Positions 16,614 to 25,613 of a stretch of DNA of 64,000 nt are shown here, piece after piece. Position 1 is the first letter of the stretch. Each line of letters begins with the position of its first letter. The translations under genes and the position numbers were made by a program. Under the pieces are notes generated by a model, which was given only the letters and a program-made list of their open reading frames with translations, was not told the DNA's origin and ran no database searches. Source of the stretch: Prolixibacteraceae bacterium UBA1413 (GTDB lineage Bacteria; Bacteroidota; Bacteroidia; Bacteroidales; Prolixibacteraceae); NCBI GenBank assembly GCA_002304925.1, contig DBPT01000010.1:15615-79614 (forward strand). The letters run 5' to 3'.

Positions 16614-18770
16614 TTAACGGCGGGTGATCAGCCTGCCGATTGTTTTCAGCAATGTTTCAAGCTGTTTATAATCTCCTGAGAGGGGGTCAAAGACCAATCC
16701 CGAGGAAAGATCCTCATGCTGGGAATCCAGTCCGGTTTGACGCGGGTAGATGAGGATAAAGTTTTTCCCTTCGAAATAGTCGTCCAGGTATTCGGGAACC
16801 TTGTCCATCAAGTGGTGGAAAGAGGGGTAGTTTCTCCTGCTCAGGACAAACACAAGGCAATCGTCGGTTTTTACCTCCCTTGAGAGGGTGGAAAATTTCT
16901 CCCAGTCGGGGAAATGGATGAATTCAGCTGCAACGGGGTGTTTTTTCTGAAGCTGGCTGAAGAGGTCGGCCAACTCTTTGGAGCTGTAAAAGTGCAGTCT
17001 GGCACCGGTATTCTTGCCTATATTCCACAATTTGGCCAGCCAGTTAACAAAACCAATCTCTTTTTCGGCATGGTCAGGAACAAAAACGAGGTACCGCCTG
17101 ATGGTGGCCAGGGGTTGTACGGTGCTGTAGATCAGGGTTGTGGTATCACATTTATTGAGGATGCCCTGGGTGAGGGTTCCCAGATAGGAATCAGTGAAAC
17201 CTTTCTTATGGTGCATGCCCAGGATGAGGTCGGTGATTTTGTTCTCCCTGATCACATTGACAATACCGTTGACGGCGTTGGTATCGTACCGGATGATAGG
17301 GGTCAGGCGGTGATCGGTGGCAGCGGCTGATTTCTCCGCTTTCTCCATGAGGGCCTGGGCTTCCGTCTCGGCTGGCGAACCGTATTTCAAGTCGTCGATG
17401 ATATGAAGGCCCAACAGCCGGCTGTGGTTTTTGGCTGAGGCGACGGTGACGCTCAGGTGTACCAGTTCTTCTACGGTTTCCGAATTCCGGAAGGGGATCA
17501 GGATTCGTTCCTCCCGTTCGAGGACTTCTGGTTCTTCTGTCGACGTCTCATCCAGGAGTATGCCGCGGGCACCCCGTTGGGTGGCAAAGGAGGCGATAGT
17601 GCAGGTCACCAGGATCATGACTACGGTGCCGTTCAGGATATTCTCGTTGAGCAGTCTCACCGGAAGCCCATCTGAGGTGTATCCAATGATAATGTTGTAA
17701 CCGATCAGGACGGCCGCAAGAGTGGATGCAGCCTGTGAATTGGTCAGTCCGAACATGACCAGCAATTCGTTTTTCCCGAATCGGAAGGCTTTCTGCGAAA
17801 GTAAGGCTGCCAGATACTTGGCAAGGGTTGCGACGACTGTCATCACGGTCGCCACCACCAGGGTGTCCGTGCCGCTGAAGAAAATCCGGAAATCGATCAG
17901 CATGCCCACGCTGATCAGGAAGAAGGGGATGAAGAGGGCATTTCCCACAAAGTCAATGCGGTTCATCAAAGGGGAAGTGTTGGGGATCAGCCTGTTGAGT
18001 GCCAGTCCGGTAATAAAAGCCCCCAGAATAGGTTCAATACCTCCTAATTGTGCCAGAAATGCCCCCATGAAAACCAATCCCAGCACAAGGATGTATTGCG
18101 CCACATTGTCATCGTACCGCTTCATGAACCATCGGGCTATCAACGGGAAAACGAAGAAAATAACGGAAAAGGAGATTAATATTCCCGCTACCAGCCTGAC
18201 CCAGAAAAGGATCCCCGTACCTCCGTTGTGCATCCGAACAATGACAGCAAGTACCAAAAGGGCTGCCAGTGTGGTGATGATGGTAGCCCCCACCGAGACG
18301 TTGACAGCGCGGTTTTTAATGATTCCCAGCCTGCTGACGATCGGATAAGTGATCAGGGTGTTGGAGGCGTACATGCTGGCCAGCAGGACGGCCGTCACCA
18401 TGGAGAGCCTCAACAGGAACACTCCGCTCAGGATCCCCAGCAACATGGGTACGACAAAGGTAAAAATTCCAAAAACCAAACTTTTCAGGGAGTTTCTCCG
18501 AAACTGGTTCATGTCCATTTCCATGCTGGAAATAAACATCAGGTAAAGCAATCCTACTGTACCAAAGAGTTCGATACTGCTGTCCCTGGCAATAAGGTTC
18601 AGCCCGTTCGGACCAAATACGGCGCCCGCAATGATCAATCCCACCAGTGGGGGGATGGAAAGCCTGTTCAGCAAAACCGGGGAAAAGAGAATGATAAAGA
18701 GGATCAACGAAAAAATGAGCACCGGGTTGGTCAGCGGCAGCGTAATATTGAAAATATTAAGTATAACCAT
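16614..18770 (-). CDS. Cation:proton antiporter (CPA2-type) with C-terminal tandem universal-stress-protein-like domains
   Basis: 718 aa. About 400 aa of multi-TM Na+/H+ exchanger-like region, then a soluble ~300-aa tail. Its start lies 3 nt after the buk stop. Confidence 0.8.
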   Translation of the reverse strand: MVILNIFNITLPLTNPVLIFSLILFIILFSPVLLNRLSIPPLVGLIIAGAVFGPNGLNLIARDSSIELFGTVGLLYLMFISSMEMDMNQFRRNSLKSLVFGIFTFVVPMLLGILSGVFLLRLSMVTAVLLASMYASNTLITYPIVSRLGIIKNRAVNVSVGATIITTLAALLVLAVIVRMHNGGTGILFWVRLVAGILISFSVIFFVFPLIARWFMKRYDDNVAQYILVLGLVFMGAFLAQLGGIEPILGAFITGLALNRLIPNTSPLMNRIDFVGNALFIPFFLISVGMLIDFRIFFSGTDTLVVATVMTVVATLAKYLAALLSQKAFRFGKNELLVMFGLTNSQAASTLAAVLIGYNIIIGYTSDGLPVRLLNENILNGTVVMILVTCTIASFATQRGARGILLDETSTEEPEVLEREERILIPFRNSETVEELVHLSVTVASAKNHSRLLGLHIIDDLKYGSPAETEAQALMEKAEKSAAATDHRLTPIIRYDTNAVNGIVNVIRENKITDLILGMHHKKGFTDSYLGTLTQGILNKCDTTTLIYSTVQPLATIRRYLVFVPDHAEKEIGFVNWLAKLWNIGKNTGARLHFYSSKELADLFSQLQKKHPVAAEFIHFPDWEKFSTLSREVKTDDCLVFVLSRRNYPSFHHLMDKVPEYLDDYFEGKNFILIYPRQTGLDSQHEDLSSGLVFDPLSGDYKQLETLLKTIGRLITRR

Positions 18771-18773
18771 TTT

Positions 18774-19889
18774 CTATTCCTCGGATAGTACAATTTTCTG
18801 ATCCTCCTTACGTCCGGTATAGATCCGGGATTCTGTTTCCCCCCGTGCCACCCTGAGGGCATTCATGGCAAGGGCCTGCAGTTCGTCCTCGCCGGGGTAT
18901 ACGAAAACCTGTCCGATGAAGGAGGTTTTGCGGGTGATGTAATCTGTAAGGTATTCGTTGTGAGCCAGACCACCGGTAAGGAGAATGGCGTCGATGTTTC
19001 CGTCAAGGACGACCGCCATTTCGCCTATCAGTTTGGCGACCTGGTATCCCAGGGCGTCCTGGATTAAGCGGGCTTTCCGGTCTCCTTTTGCTGCGGATTG
19101 CTGCACCTCCATGGCGTTGTTGGTTCCCAGGTAGGCCACATAACCTCCTTCACCCACGACCATCCGCTGGATTTGGTCTTTGGAAAACTTTCCCGAAAAG
19201 CAAAGGTCTATCAACTGGAACACGGGGAGGGTTCCCGACCGTTCAGGGCTGAAGGGACCTTCCCCGTTAAGGGCGTTGTTGACATCGATGACCTTTCCCT
19301 TTTTGTGGGCTCCCACGGAAATGCCGCCTCCCAGGTGTATTACGATCAGGTTGAGTTCCTCGTATGTTTTTCCTGTTTTCCGGGCGTGCATTCGGGCAAT
19401 GGCTTTCTGGTTCAGGGCATGAAAGATGGAAACCCTCTCGAAACGGGGATGGCCGGCAATCCGGGCGATTTCTTCAAGTTCATCGGTGACGACAGGATCG
19501 GCAATATAGGCTTTTGCCCCGGGGATCTGAAGCGCCACAAAATCGGCGATCAGGGGTCCCAGGTTACTGGCATGCTGCCCCATGACCCCTTCCCTGGCAT
19601 GCTGAAGCATCAGGTTATTCACCCTGTAAACCCCTGACTCCACAGGCCAGGTCAACCCTCCCCGACCGATGATATGTTTGATGGAGTCCACCGCGATTCC
19701 CTCTTCCACCAGGGCATCGATGATCAATCCCTTGCGGAAGTCGAACTGGTCGACGATGCTATTGTATTTGGAGATTTCTTCGATGGAGTGCCTGAGCGTC
19801 TTGACGAGGATTGGTTTTTCCCCCTCATAGACGGCGAATTTCGTCGAGGTAGAACCCGGATTGATGGCCAGTACAAGAATGTCGCTCAT
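18774..19889 (-). CDS. buk: Butyrate kinase
   Basis: 371 aa. ILVLAINPGSTSTKFAVYEG N-terminus of the ASKHA acetate/butyrate kinase family. The adjacent ptb supports the call. Confidence 0.9.
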   Translation of the reverse strand: MSDILVLAINPGSTSTKFAVYEGEKPILVKTLRHSIEEISKYNSIVDQFDFRKGLIIDALVEEGIAVDSIKHIIGRGGLTWPVESGVYRVNNLMLQHAREGVMGQHASNLGPLIADFVALQIPGAKAYIADPVVTDELEEIARIAGHPRFERVSIFHALNQKAIARMHARKTGKTYEELNLIVIHLGGGISVGAHKKGKVIDVNNALNGEGPFSPERSGTLPVFQLIDLCFSGKFSKDQIQRMVVGEGGYVAYLGTNNAMEVQQSAAKGDRKARLIQDALGYQVAKLIGEMAVVLDGNIDAILLTGGLAHNEYLTDYITRKTSFIGQVFVYPGEDELQALAMNALRVARGETESRIYTGRKEDQKIVLSEE

Positions 19890-19902
19890 GGGTTTTCAGG
19901 CT

Positions 19903-20805
19903 TTATCCCAGCAATGCTGCAAGGGCAATGGAATAGAGTTTTGTCTGCATGGAATCCCCGCGGCTGGAGAGAACCACCGGAACCCTGGCTCCCACCACGA
20001 TGGCCGCCTGTTCTGACCGGCACATCCTGGCACTCATCTTATAAAACACGTTTCCTGCATCGATATTGGGAAACAGGAGACAATCAGCATCTCCCGCCAC
20101 CGGGGAAGCGATTTTTTTGATCTCTGCCGATTCTTTGTCTATGGCCACATCCAAAGCCATAGGGCCGTCGACCAGGGCACCCGGAATCTGACCCCTTTCA
20201 GCCATCTTGGAAATCACTGCGGCCTCGGTACATGCCGGAATTGCAGCCAGGACCTGTTCAGTGGCGGCGATAAGGGCTACTTTCGGCAGGGCAATGCCCA
20301 GCGCTTGGGCCGTGCGGATCAGGTATCCCGTCATCACGATCTTCTGGCTCAGGTCAGGATAAGGAATAATGGCAACATCACCAATGATGAGCAATTTGTG
20401 GTAGTTCTGGTTTTCCACGACCGTCACATGGCTCAGAACCCCCTTCGGGGGCAGCAAACCATACTCCTTATTCAGGATCGCCCGCATAAATTTGTCGGTA
20501 CTCAACAACCCTTTCATCATGATGTCAGCCTTGCCTGAAGAGACCAGTTCCACCCCTTTCATGGCGGCTAGGTCTTCAGATGGAGCCGGTTCAATGGTAA
20601 ATTTTCCCGGATCGATTCCTAGGGAAAGACAGGTGCCGGCAATCTTATCGGGATCCCCGGTCAGCACAGCTTCCACGATCCCGCCATCCACAGCGGTATT
20701 GACAGCATCAAGGGTATGGTCATCCACCGCATTGACTGCAACAAGCCTTTTGGGACTCCTGCCCTTCAATTCTGTTAAAATGTCATTCAAATGTCGGATT
20801 TCCAT
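19903..20805 (-). CDS. ptb: Phosphate butyryltransferase
   Basis: 300 aa of the phosphate acetyl/butaryl transferase family, lying directly upstream of buk. Confidence 0.85.
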   Translation of the reverse strand: MEIRHLNDILTELKGRSPKRLVAVNAVDDHTLDAVNTAVDGGIVEAVLTGDPDKIAGTCLSLGIDPGKFTIEPAPSEDLAAMKGVELVSSGKADIMMKGLLSTDKFMRAILNKEYGLLPPKGVLSHVTVVENQNYHKLLIIGDVAIIPYPDLSQKIVMTGYLIRTAQALGIALPKVALIAATEQVLAAIPACTEAAVISKMAERGQIPGALVDGPMALDVAIDKESAEIKKIASPVAGDADCLLFPNIDAGNVFYKMSARMCRSEQAAIVVGARVPVVLSSRGDSMQTKLYSIALAALLG

Positions 20806-20865
20806 TTCACTTAGTTTAATCTGCCTTTAAAGGAACAAGGTAGCGTAAAAATAACAATTTTGACT

Positions 20866-20895
20866 ATTAAAAAAGGGAGGCGTTCACCTCCCTTT
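20866..20895 (-). terminator. Intrinsic terminator after ackA
   Basis: Stem AAAGGGAGG / CCTCCCTTT with a 6-nt loop. The minus-strand transcript ends in a U-run. Confidence 0.7.
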
Positions 20896-20901
20896 AAACT
20901 T

Positions 20902-22116
20902 CTACCCGATTTTTTTCACTTTCTCCCTGATGATGGTTTCCGTATCGACGGCAATCATCAGTTCTTCATTGGTGGGGATGACCATTACTTTGACGGGTGA
21001 TCTGGCCTTGCTGATTTCTCCTTCCTTCCTGAATCCCCGGTTCTTTTCCTTGTCGAGGTGAATGCCGAGGAATTCAAGTCCTTCCGTGGATCCTTCCCTG
21101 ACGATATCGGCATTTTCCCCGATACCTCCAGTAAATACAAGAATGTCAATCCCCCCCATGGCGGCGGCATAGGCTCCGATGTATTTCTTCACCCGGTAGT
21201 TGTACATGAGAAGTGCCAGGGCAGCCCTTTCATTACCTGCACCGGCAGCCTGTTCAATCTCACGCATGTCAGAGGATACCCCTGTCAGGCCCAGCATCCC
21301 GCTGTGCTTGTTAAAGAGCGAATTGGCCGATCGCAAGCCCAGTTCTTCCTTTTCCATGATAAAGGTGACCACGCCGATGTCAAGATCTCCGGCGCGGGTT
21401 CCCATAATCAACCCTTCGATAGGGGTAAATCCCATGGAAGTATCTGTCGATTTCCCGTTTCTGACAGCGGTGATGGAAGCCCCGTTCCCCAGATGGCAGG
21501 TGACGATTTTCTGGGTATTGATATCCCTTCCGAGAAGATCACAGACACGCTGGCTCACATACCGGTGGCTGGTTCCGTGAAAGCCATACCTGCGGATGGC
21601 ATGTTTTTTATACAAGACATAAGGAATGCCGTACATATAAGCGTGCGGCTCCATGGACTGGTGAAAGGCGGTATCAAAAACGCCCACCTGAGGAATACCG
21701 GGAATCAGTTCTTCCATGGCATATATCCCTTTCAGGTTCGGCGGATTATGCAGGGGTGCCAGATCGATATTCCGGACCAGGGCTGCTTTTACCTCCTCAG
21801 TGATAAAAACACTCGATTTGAACATCTCTCCCCCGTGGACCACCCGGTGACCGACAGCGTCGATTTCTTCCAAACTCTTTATACACCCGTGTTTTGTACT
21901 AGTCAGGATACCGAGGATGTATTCAATGCCTGCCTTGTGATCGATGATTTCGCCTTCGAAAAGGACCAATTGCCCATCGGCTCTGGTATGCTTGAGAAAA
22001 GAGCCTTTCATCCCCAGTTTTTCAATTCCTCCTTTGGAGATAACGTGCCTGTCGGTCATGTTAAAAAGCTGGTATTTGATGGAACTGCTTCCGCAGTTGA
22101 GAACTAATATCTTCAT
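20902..22116 (-). CDS. ackA: Acetate kinase
   Basis: 404 aa. Starts MKILVLNCGSSSIKYQLF and carries conserved HRVVHGG and TCHLGNGASI motifs. Confidence 0.95.
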   Translation of the reverse strand: MKILVLNCGSSSIKYQLFNMTDRHVISKGGIEKLGMKGSFLKHTRADGQLVLFEGEIIDHKAGIEYILGILTSTKHGCIKSLEEIDAVGHRVVHGGEMFKSSVFITEEVKAALVRNIDLAPLHNPPNLKGIYAMEELIPGIPQVGVFDTAFHQSMEPHAYMYGIPYVLYKKHAIRRYGFHGTSHRYVSQRVCDLLGRDINTQKIVTCHLGNGASITAVRNGKSTDTSMGFTPIEGLIMGTRAGDLDIGVVTFIMEKEELGLRSANSLFNKHSGMLGLTGVSSDMREIEQAAGAGNERAALALLMYNYRVKKYIGAYAAAMGGIDILVFTGGIGENADIVREGSTEGLEFLGIHLDKEKNRGFRKEGEISKARSPVKVMVIPTNEELMIAVDTETIIREKVKKIG

Positions 22117-22133
22117 GGGTCAAAATTTTGCGG

Positions 22134-23105
22134 TTAACAAGGTTTGGATTTGCCGGGTATCTTCATCCCGTTTTCATCGTAACTGTAAAAACCCTGTCCG
22201 GAAGAAATGCCATAATGCTTTGCCCGGACAAGTTTTTTGATGTAGGGGGAAGGTTTGTACCTGACGTCACCGAATTCACCGTATATACTCTCCATCCACC
22301 AGACCACCTTGTCAAGGCCGATTTTATCGGCAACCTCAAAGGGTCCCAAGCGCATTCCAAAGCCCACCCGCATGGTCAGATCAATATCTTCCATCAGGGC
22401 CACGCCTTCCATGAGGATTTCACACGCTTCATTGAGGCACACAATGAAAAGGCGGATGCTGATCAATCCCGCCGACTCCGCGACAGGAACAATGGTGCGG
22501 TTGATGAGCTTCACAAACTGGCACATCTTCTGGTAGCTCTCCTCCGAAGTATAAAGGCCCTTGACCACTTCCATGATCCTGGCTTCGGGAGAAGAAACTA
22601 AAAAGTGAAGGCTGATGCAGCGTTCCTTGTATTGCAGGTCGGAAGCGAGTTCGGTGATGATCACGGATGTGGAGTTGGTGGCGATGATGCAATCCGGGTC
22701 AACCACAGCTTCTATTTTCCTGAAAATCGCCCTTCGCTCCTTTATTTTATTTCCCCGGTCCACTTCGCGGATGGCTTCGATCACACAATCGCACCCTTTC
22801 AGCAGGTTATAATCGGTCGTGCCCTGAATTCTGCTGAGGTTGGCTCTTTTTTCACTTTCTGTAAGCCCCCAATGTTCGATGCGGTGGTCCATCATTTTGG
22901 TGATCCCGGCCAATGCATTTGCAATTTTTTCCTGGCTGACTTCGATAAAGATCACTTCAAGGCCATAATAGCTTGCCACGCGGGCCAGATTTTGCCCGAC
23001 AAGGCCACAACCGACAATTCCAATTTTTGAAAAGAGTGCGTTGGCTTTTCCTTTTTTACTGAGTCCGAAATCTTCGAGGGACTCCTTGATGATATCACTG
23101 CTCAT
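22134..23105 (-). CDS. 3-hydroxyacyl-CoA dehydrogenase family protein
   Basis: The ORF track extends to 23183, which would overlap pta. The internal ATG at 23105 (MSSDIIKE...) avoids the overlap. IGIVGCGLVGQNLA Rossmann motif and a 3HCDH C-terminal domain (GFYSYDENG). Confidence 0.8.
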   Translation of the reverse strand: MSSDIIKESLEDFGLSKKGKANALFSKIGIVGCGLVGQNLARVASYYGLEVIFIEVSQEKIANALAGITKMMDHRIEHWGLTESEKRANLSRIQGTTDYNLLKGCDCVIEAIREVDRGNKIKERRAIFRKIEAVVDPDCIIATNSTSVIITELASDLQYKERCISLHFLVSSPEARIMEVVKGLYTSEESYQKMCQFVKLINRTIVPVAESAGLISIRLFIVCLNEACEILMEGVALMEDIDLTMRVGFGMRLGPFEVADKIGLDKVVWWMESIYGEFGDVRYKPSPYIKKLVRAKHYGISSGQGFYSYDENGMKIPGKSKPC

Positions 23106-23116
23106 CGTTTCTGTTT

Positions 23117-24118
23117 TTAAATGATTGCAGCCGCCTGGTTGGCGGTGATGGCTACCATGGTTACAATATCGGTCACGGAACATCCCCGTGACAGATCGTT
23201 GATGGGGGCTGCCATTCCCTGAAGTACCGGGCCGATGGCTTCGGCCTTTGCCAGGCGTTGGACCAGTTTGTACCCGATGTTTCCTGACTCCAGAGACGGG
23301 AAAACCAGGACATTTGCCCTGCCGGCTACTTCGCTTCCGGGGGCTTTCAATTGGGCGACCTCCTTCACCAAAGCAGCATCTACTTGCAGTTCTCCTTCGA
23401 TCTTCAGGTCGGGGGCCATTTCTTTGGCCTTCCGCGTGGCGTTGACAACTTTGTCAACCATGATATGGGAAGCGCTTCCCTTGGTGGAAAAACTCAGCAT
23501 GGCCACTCTGGGTTCACAGCCGACGATCGCTTTGGCGGTACGAGCTGTCGTTACGGCGACCTCGGCAAGTTGGTTTTCATCGGGATCGGGAAGTACGGCA
23601 CAATCGGCAAAAACGAGAATCCCTTCGTGACCGATATTGGGGTCGTTGATAAACATCAGGAAAGCTCCTGAAACCACGCTGACCCCGGGCTGTGTTTTAA
23701 TGTACTGGAATGCAGGCCGCAGTACGTCACCCGTGGCATTGATGGCTCCGGCAAGTTCCCCGTCGGCATCACCGGCTTTGATCATCATGGGCGCAAAATA
23801 GAGCGGATCGTTTAACAGCGTCAAGGCTTCCTCCTTGGTTAATCCTTTGTTCCGGCGGATTTCAACCATCATGGAAGCATACCGCTCGCGCCGCTCATCA
23901 GTTACAGGATCCACCAGGGTCGCCTTGCCCAGACCAACACCCAGTTTTTCCGCCTCCTCCCTGATCAGTCCCGGATTCCCCAGAATTATCAACCGGGCAA
24001 TGTTGTTTTTGAGGATGATCTCAGCAGCCCTTAAAGTCCTGGGTTCCATCCCTTCGGGAAGGACAATCCGCTTTTGTGCTTTTTGGGCATTGGCAATAAT
24101 CTCGTTCAGTATTTTCAT
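23117..24118 (-). CDS. pta: Phosphate acetyltransferase (short form)
   Basis: Start chosen at MKILNEIIANAQKAQKRIVLPEG (24118), a typical Pta N-terminus. About 333 aa. Confidence 0.9.
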   Translation of the reverse strand: MKILNEIIANAQKAQKRIVLPEGMEPRTLRAAEIILKNNIARLIILGNPGLIREEAEKLGVGLGKATLVDPVTDERRERYASMMVEIRRNKGLTKEEALTLLNDPLYFAPMMIKAGDADGELAGAINATGDVLRPAFQYIKTQPGVSVVSGAFLMFINDPNIGHEGILVFADCAVLPDPDENQLAEVAVTTARTAKAIVGCEPRVAMLSFSTKGSASHIMVDKVVNATRKAKEMAPDLKIEGELQVDAALVKEVAQLKAPGSEVAGRANVLVFPSLESGNIGYKLVQRLAKAEAIGPVLQGMAAPINDLSRGCSVTDIVTMVAITANQAAAII

Positions 24119-24159
24119 AATTGTTGGTTTTTGAATGTCGTCTGACGATAAAATCAGTG

Positions 24160-24167
24160 CAAAAATA
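24160..24167 (-). promoter_or_regulatory. Candidate -7 box (TATTTTTG on minus strand) upstream of pta
   Basis: Plus-strand CAAAAATA matches TAnnTTTG on the minus strand, 42 nt upstream of the pta ATG. Confidence 0.35.
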
Positions 24168-24307
24168 GCCAAAAAACTGCCCTAAATCATGCCAAAAAGC
24201 ATAAAACAAACAATCGACAGAAAATGAGGGTTGACAGGCAACAGAAATATTTTATGATAAGCCTGCCGGAAACAGGCGAAGAATCCACCCCAAAAGATCA
24301 TGAGTGC

Positions 24308-24341
24308 CAAAAAAACAAAAACCCGGAAAAATTTCCGGGTT
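24308..24341 (-). terminator. Intrinsic terminator after rplT
   Basis: AACCCGG / CCGGGTT stem followed on the minus strand by a long U-run (plus strand CAAAAAAACAAAA). Confidence 0.8.
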
Positions 24342-24365
24342 CCGTTTATTTCACCTGATCAGAAG

Positions 24366-24710
24366 TTATTTCACCTTTTCCACAACGGCTTTGAAAGCAT
24401 CCTGGTGGTTCATGGCAAGGTCGGCCAACACCTTCCGGTTGATTTCGACGTTGTTTTTCTTCAGCAGGTTGATCAGCTGGGAATAGGAAAGACCTTCCAG
24501 CCGTGCTGCTGCATTGATACGCTGAATCCAGAGCGAACGGAAATTTCTCTTTTTTTGTTTTCTGTCACGGTAGGCATATTGCTGCCCTTTCTCCCAGGTA
24601 TTCTTCGCTACTGTCCATACATTTTTACGAGAACCGAAATAACCTTTTGTCAATTTCAATAATTTTTTCCTTCGGGCTCGTGATGCTACATGATTTACAC
24701 TTCTTGGCAT
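24366..24710 (-). CDS. rplT: 50S ribosomal protein L20
   Basis: Start at the internal Met ([26 protein letters not shown]...), which is the canonical L20 N-terminus. 114 aa. Confidence 0.95.
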   Translation of the reverse strand: MPRSVNHVASRARRKKLLKLTKGYFGSRKNVWTVAKNTWEKGQQYAYRDRKQKKRNFRSLWIQRINAAARLEGLSYSQLINLLKKNNVEINRKVLADLAMNHQDAFKAVVEKVK

Positions 24711-24803
24711 ACTTTTTTGTTTTTTGGCGATTGGCGTCCGTTTCAGGAACTTCTGGCACAATCACCCGGTTACTAACTCTTTTTTATTATTCAATGAGAA
24801 AAT

Positions 24804-25001
24804 CTACTTCATGTTCAACATCAGCTTCACATTGGTGAGATTGGTGCTGTCCACGATGGTCCAGTACCCGAGATTCCGCTTGCGCTTGGTACTCTTTTTT
24901 GTCAGAATGTGGCTTTTGTAAGCATGTTTTCTTTTGATCTTTCCGGTTCCGGTGAGTCTGAATCTCTTTTTGGCTCCGGAATTGCTTTTCATTTTGGGCA
25001 T
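24804..25001 (-). CDS. rpmI: 50S ribosomal protein L35
   Basis: 65 aa, [36 protein letters not shown]. Confidence 0.95.
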   Translation of the reverse strand: MPKMKSNSGAKKRFRLTGTGKIKRKHAYKSHILTKKSTKRKRNLGYWTIVDSTNLTNVKLMLNMK

Positions 25002-25034
25002 TGTCTTACCTTTTTTAATAATTACTCGTGCGTA

Positions 25035-25595
25035 CTATTTTTTTTTCGGTGAAATAAACATCGTCATTCTTTTACCTTCCAGTTTGGGCAGTTGTTCTAC
25101 CTTTCCGTAGTCTTCCAGGAGGGTGGCAAACCTCAGGAGAAGGATTTCTCCCTGTTCCTTAAAGAGAATCGATCGTCCCTTGAAGAAAACAAATGCCTTT
25201 ACCTTGGCTCCTTCCTGAAGGAATTTTTCAGCATGCCGCAGTTTAAAGTTGAAATCATGATCATCGGTCTGAGGCCCGAATCTGATCTCTTTCACCACCA
25301 CCTGCACAGTTTTGGCTTTCATTTCCTTTTGTTTCTTTTTCTGTTGATAAAGAAACTTGGAATAATCTATCACGCGGCAGACCGGAGGATCGGCTTTGGG
25401 TGATATTTCAACAAGATCCAAATCCAAAGCATCGGCAATTTTCAGGGCTTCGCGTAAGGAATAGATTCCCGGGTTTTCCACATTATCCCCTACCAAACGC
25501 ACTTGCTGTGCCCTGATCCTTTCATTGACCCGGTAAGTCGAAGCGTCATTACTGTCCGATCGGTCAGGTCTCGTTAATGCTTTCTTAATAGCTAT
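25035..25595 (-). CDS. infC: Translation initiation factor IF-3 with non-canonical start (ATA 25595 or ATT 25589)
   Basis: The listed ORF starts at GTG 25502. The in-frame upstream region reads [31 protein letters not shown] and contains the conserved IF-3 N-terminal YRVNERIR motif. No ATG, GTG or TTG occurs back to the in-frame TAA at 25616-25614. Confidence 0.85.
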   Translation of the reverse strand: MAIKKALTRPDRSDSNDASTYRVNERIRAQQVRLVGDNVENPGIYSLREALKIADALDLDLVEISPKADPPVCRVIDYSKFLYQQKKKQKEMKAKTVQVVVKEIRFGPQTDDHDFNFKLRHAEKFLQEGAKVKAFVFFKGRSILFKEQGEILLLRFATLLEDYGKVEQLPKLEGKRMTMFISPKKK

Positions 25596-25613
25596 AGTAA
25601 GGTCCTCCTTTAA

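Noticed and set aside
22134-24172. Long N-terminal extensions in the ORF track that would make hbd-like overlap pta (to 23183) and would extend pta to 24172
   Set aside because: Internal Met codons give family-typical N-termini and remove the gene overlaps. The same trimming was applied to rplT (24710), the amidase (30768), the ABC ATPase (35130), recG (35712), nrfA (38715), cytochrome b (41928), the SPOR protein (60765) and bcp (60924).
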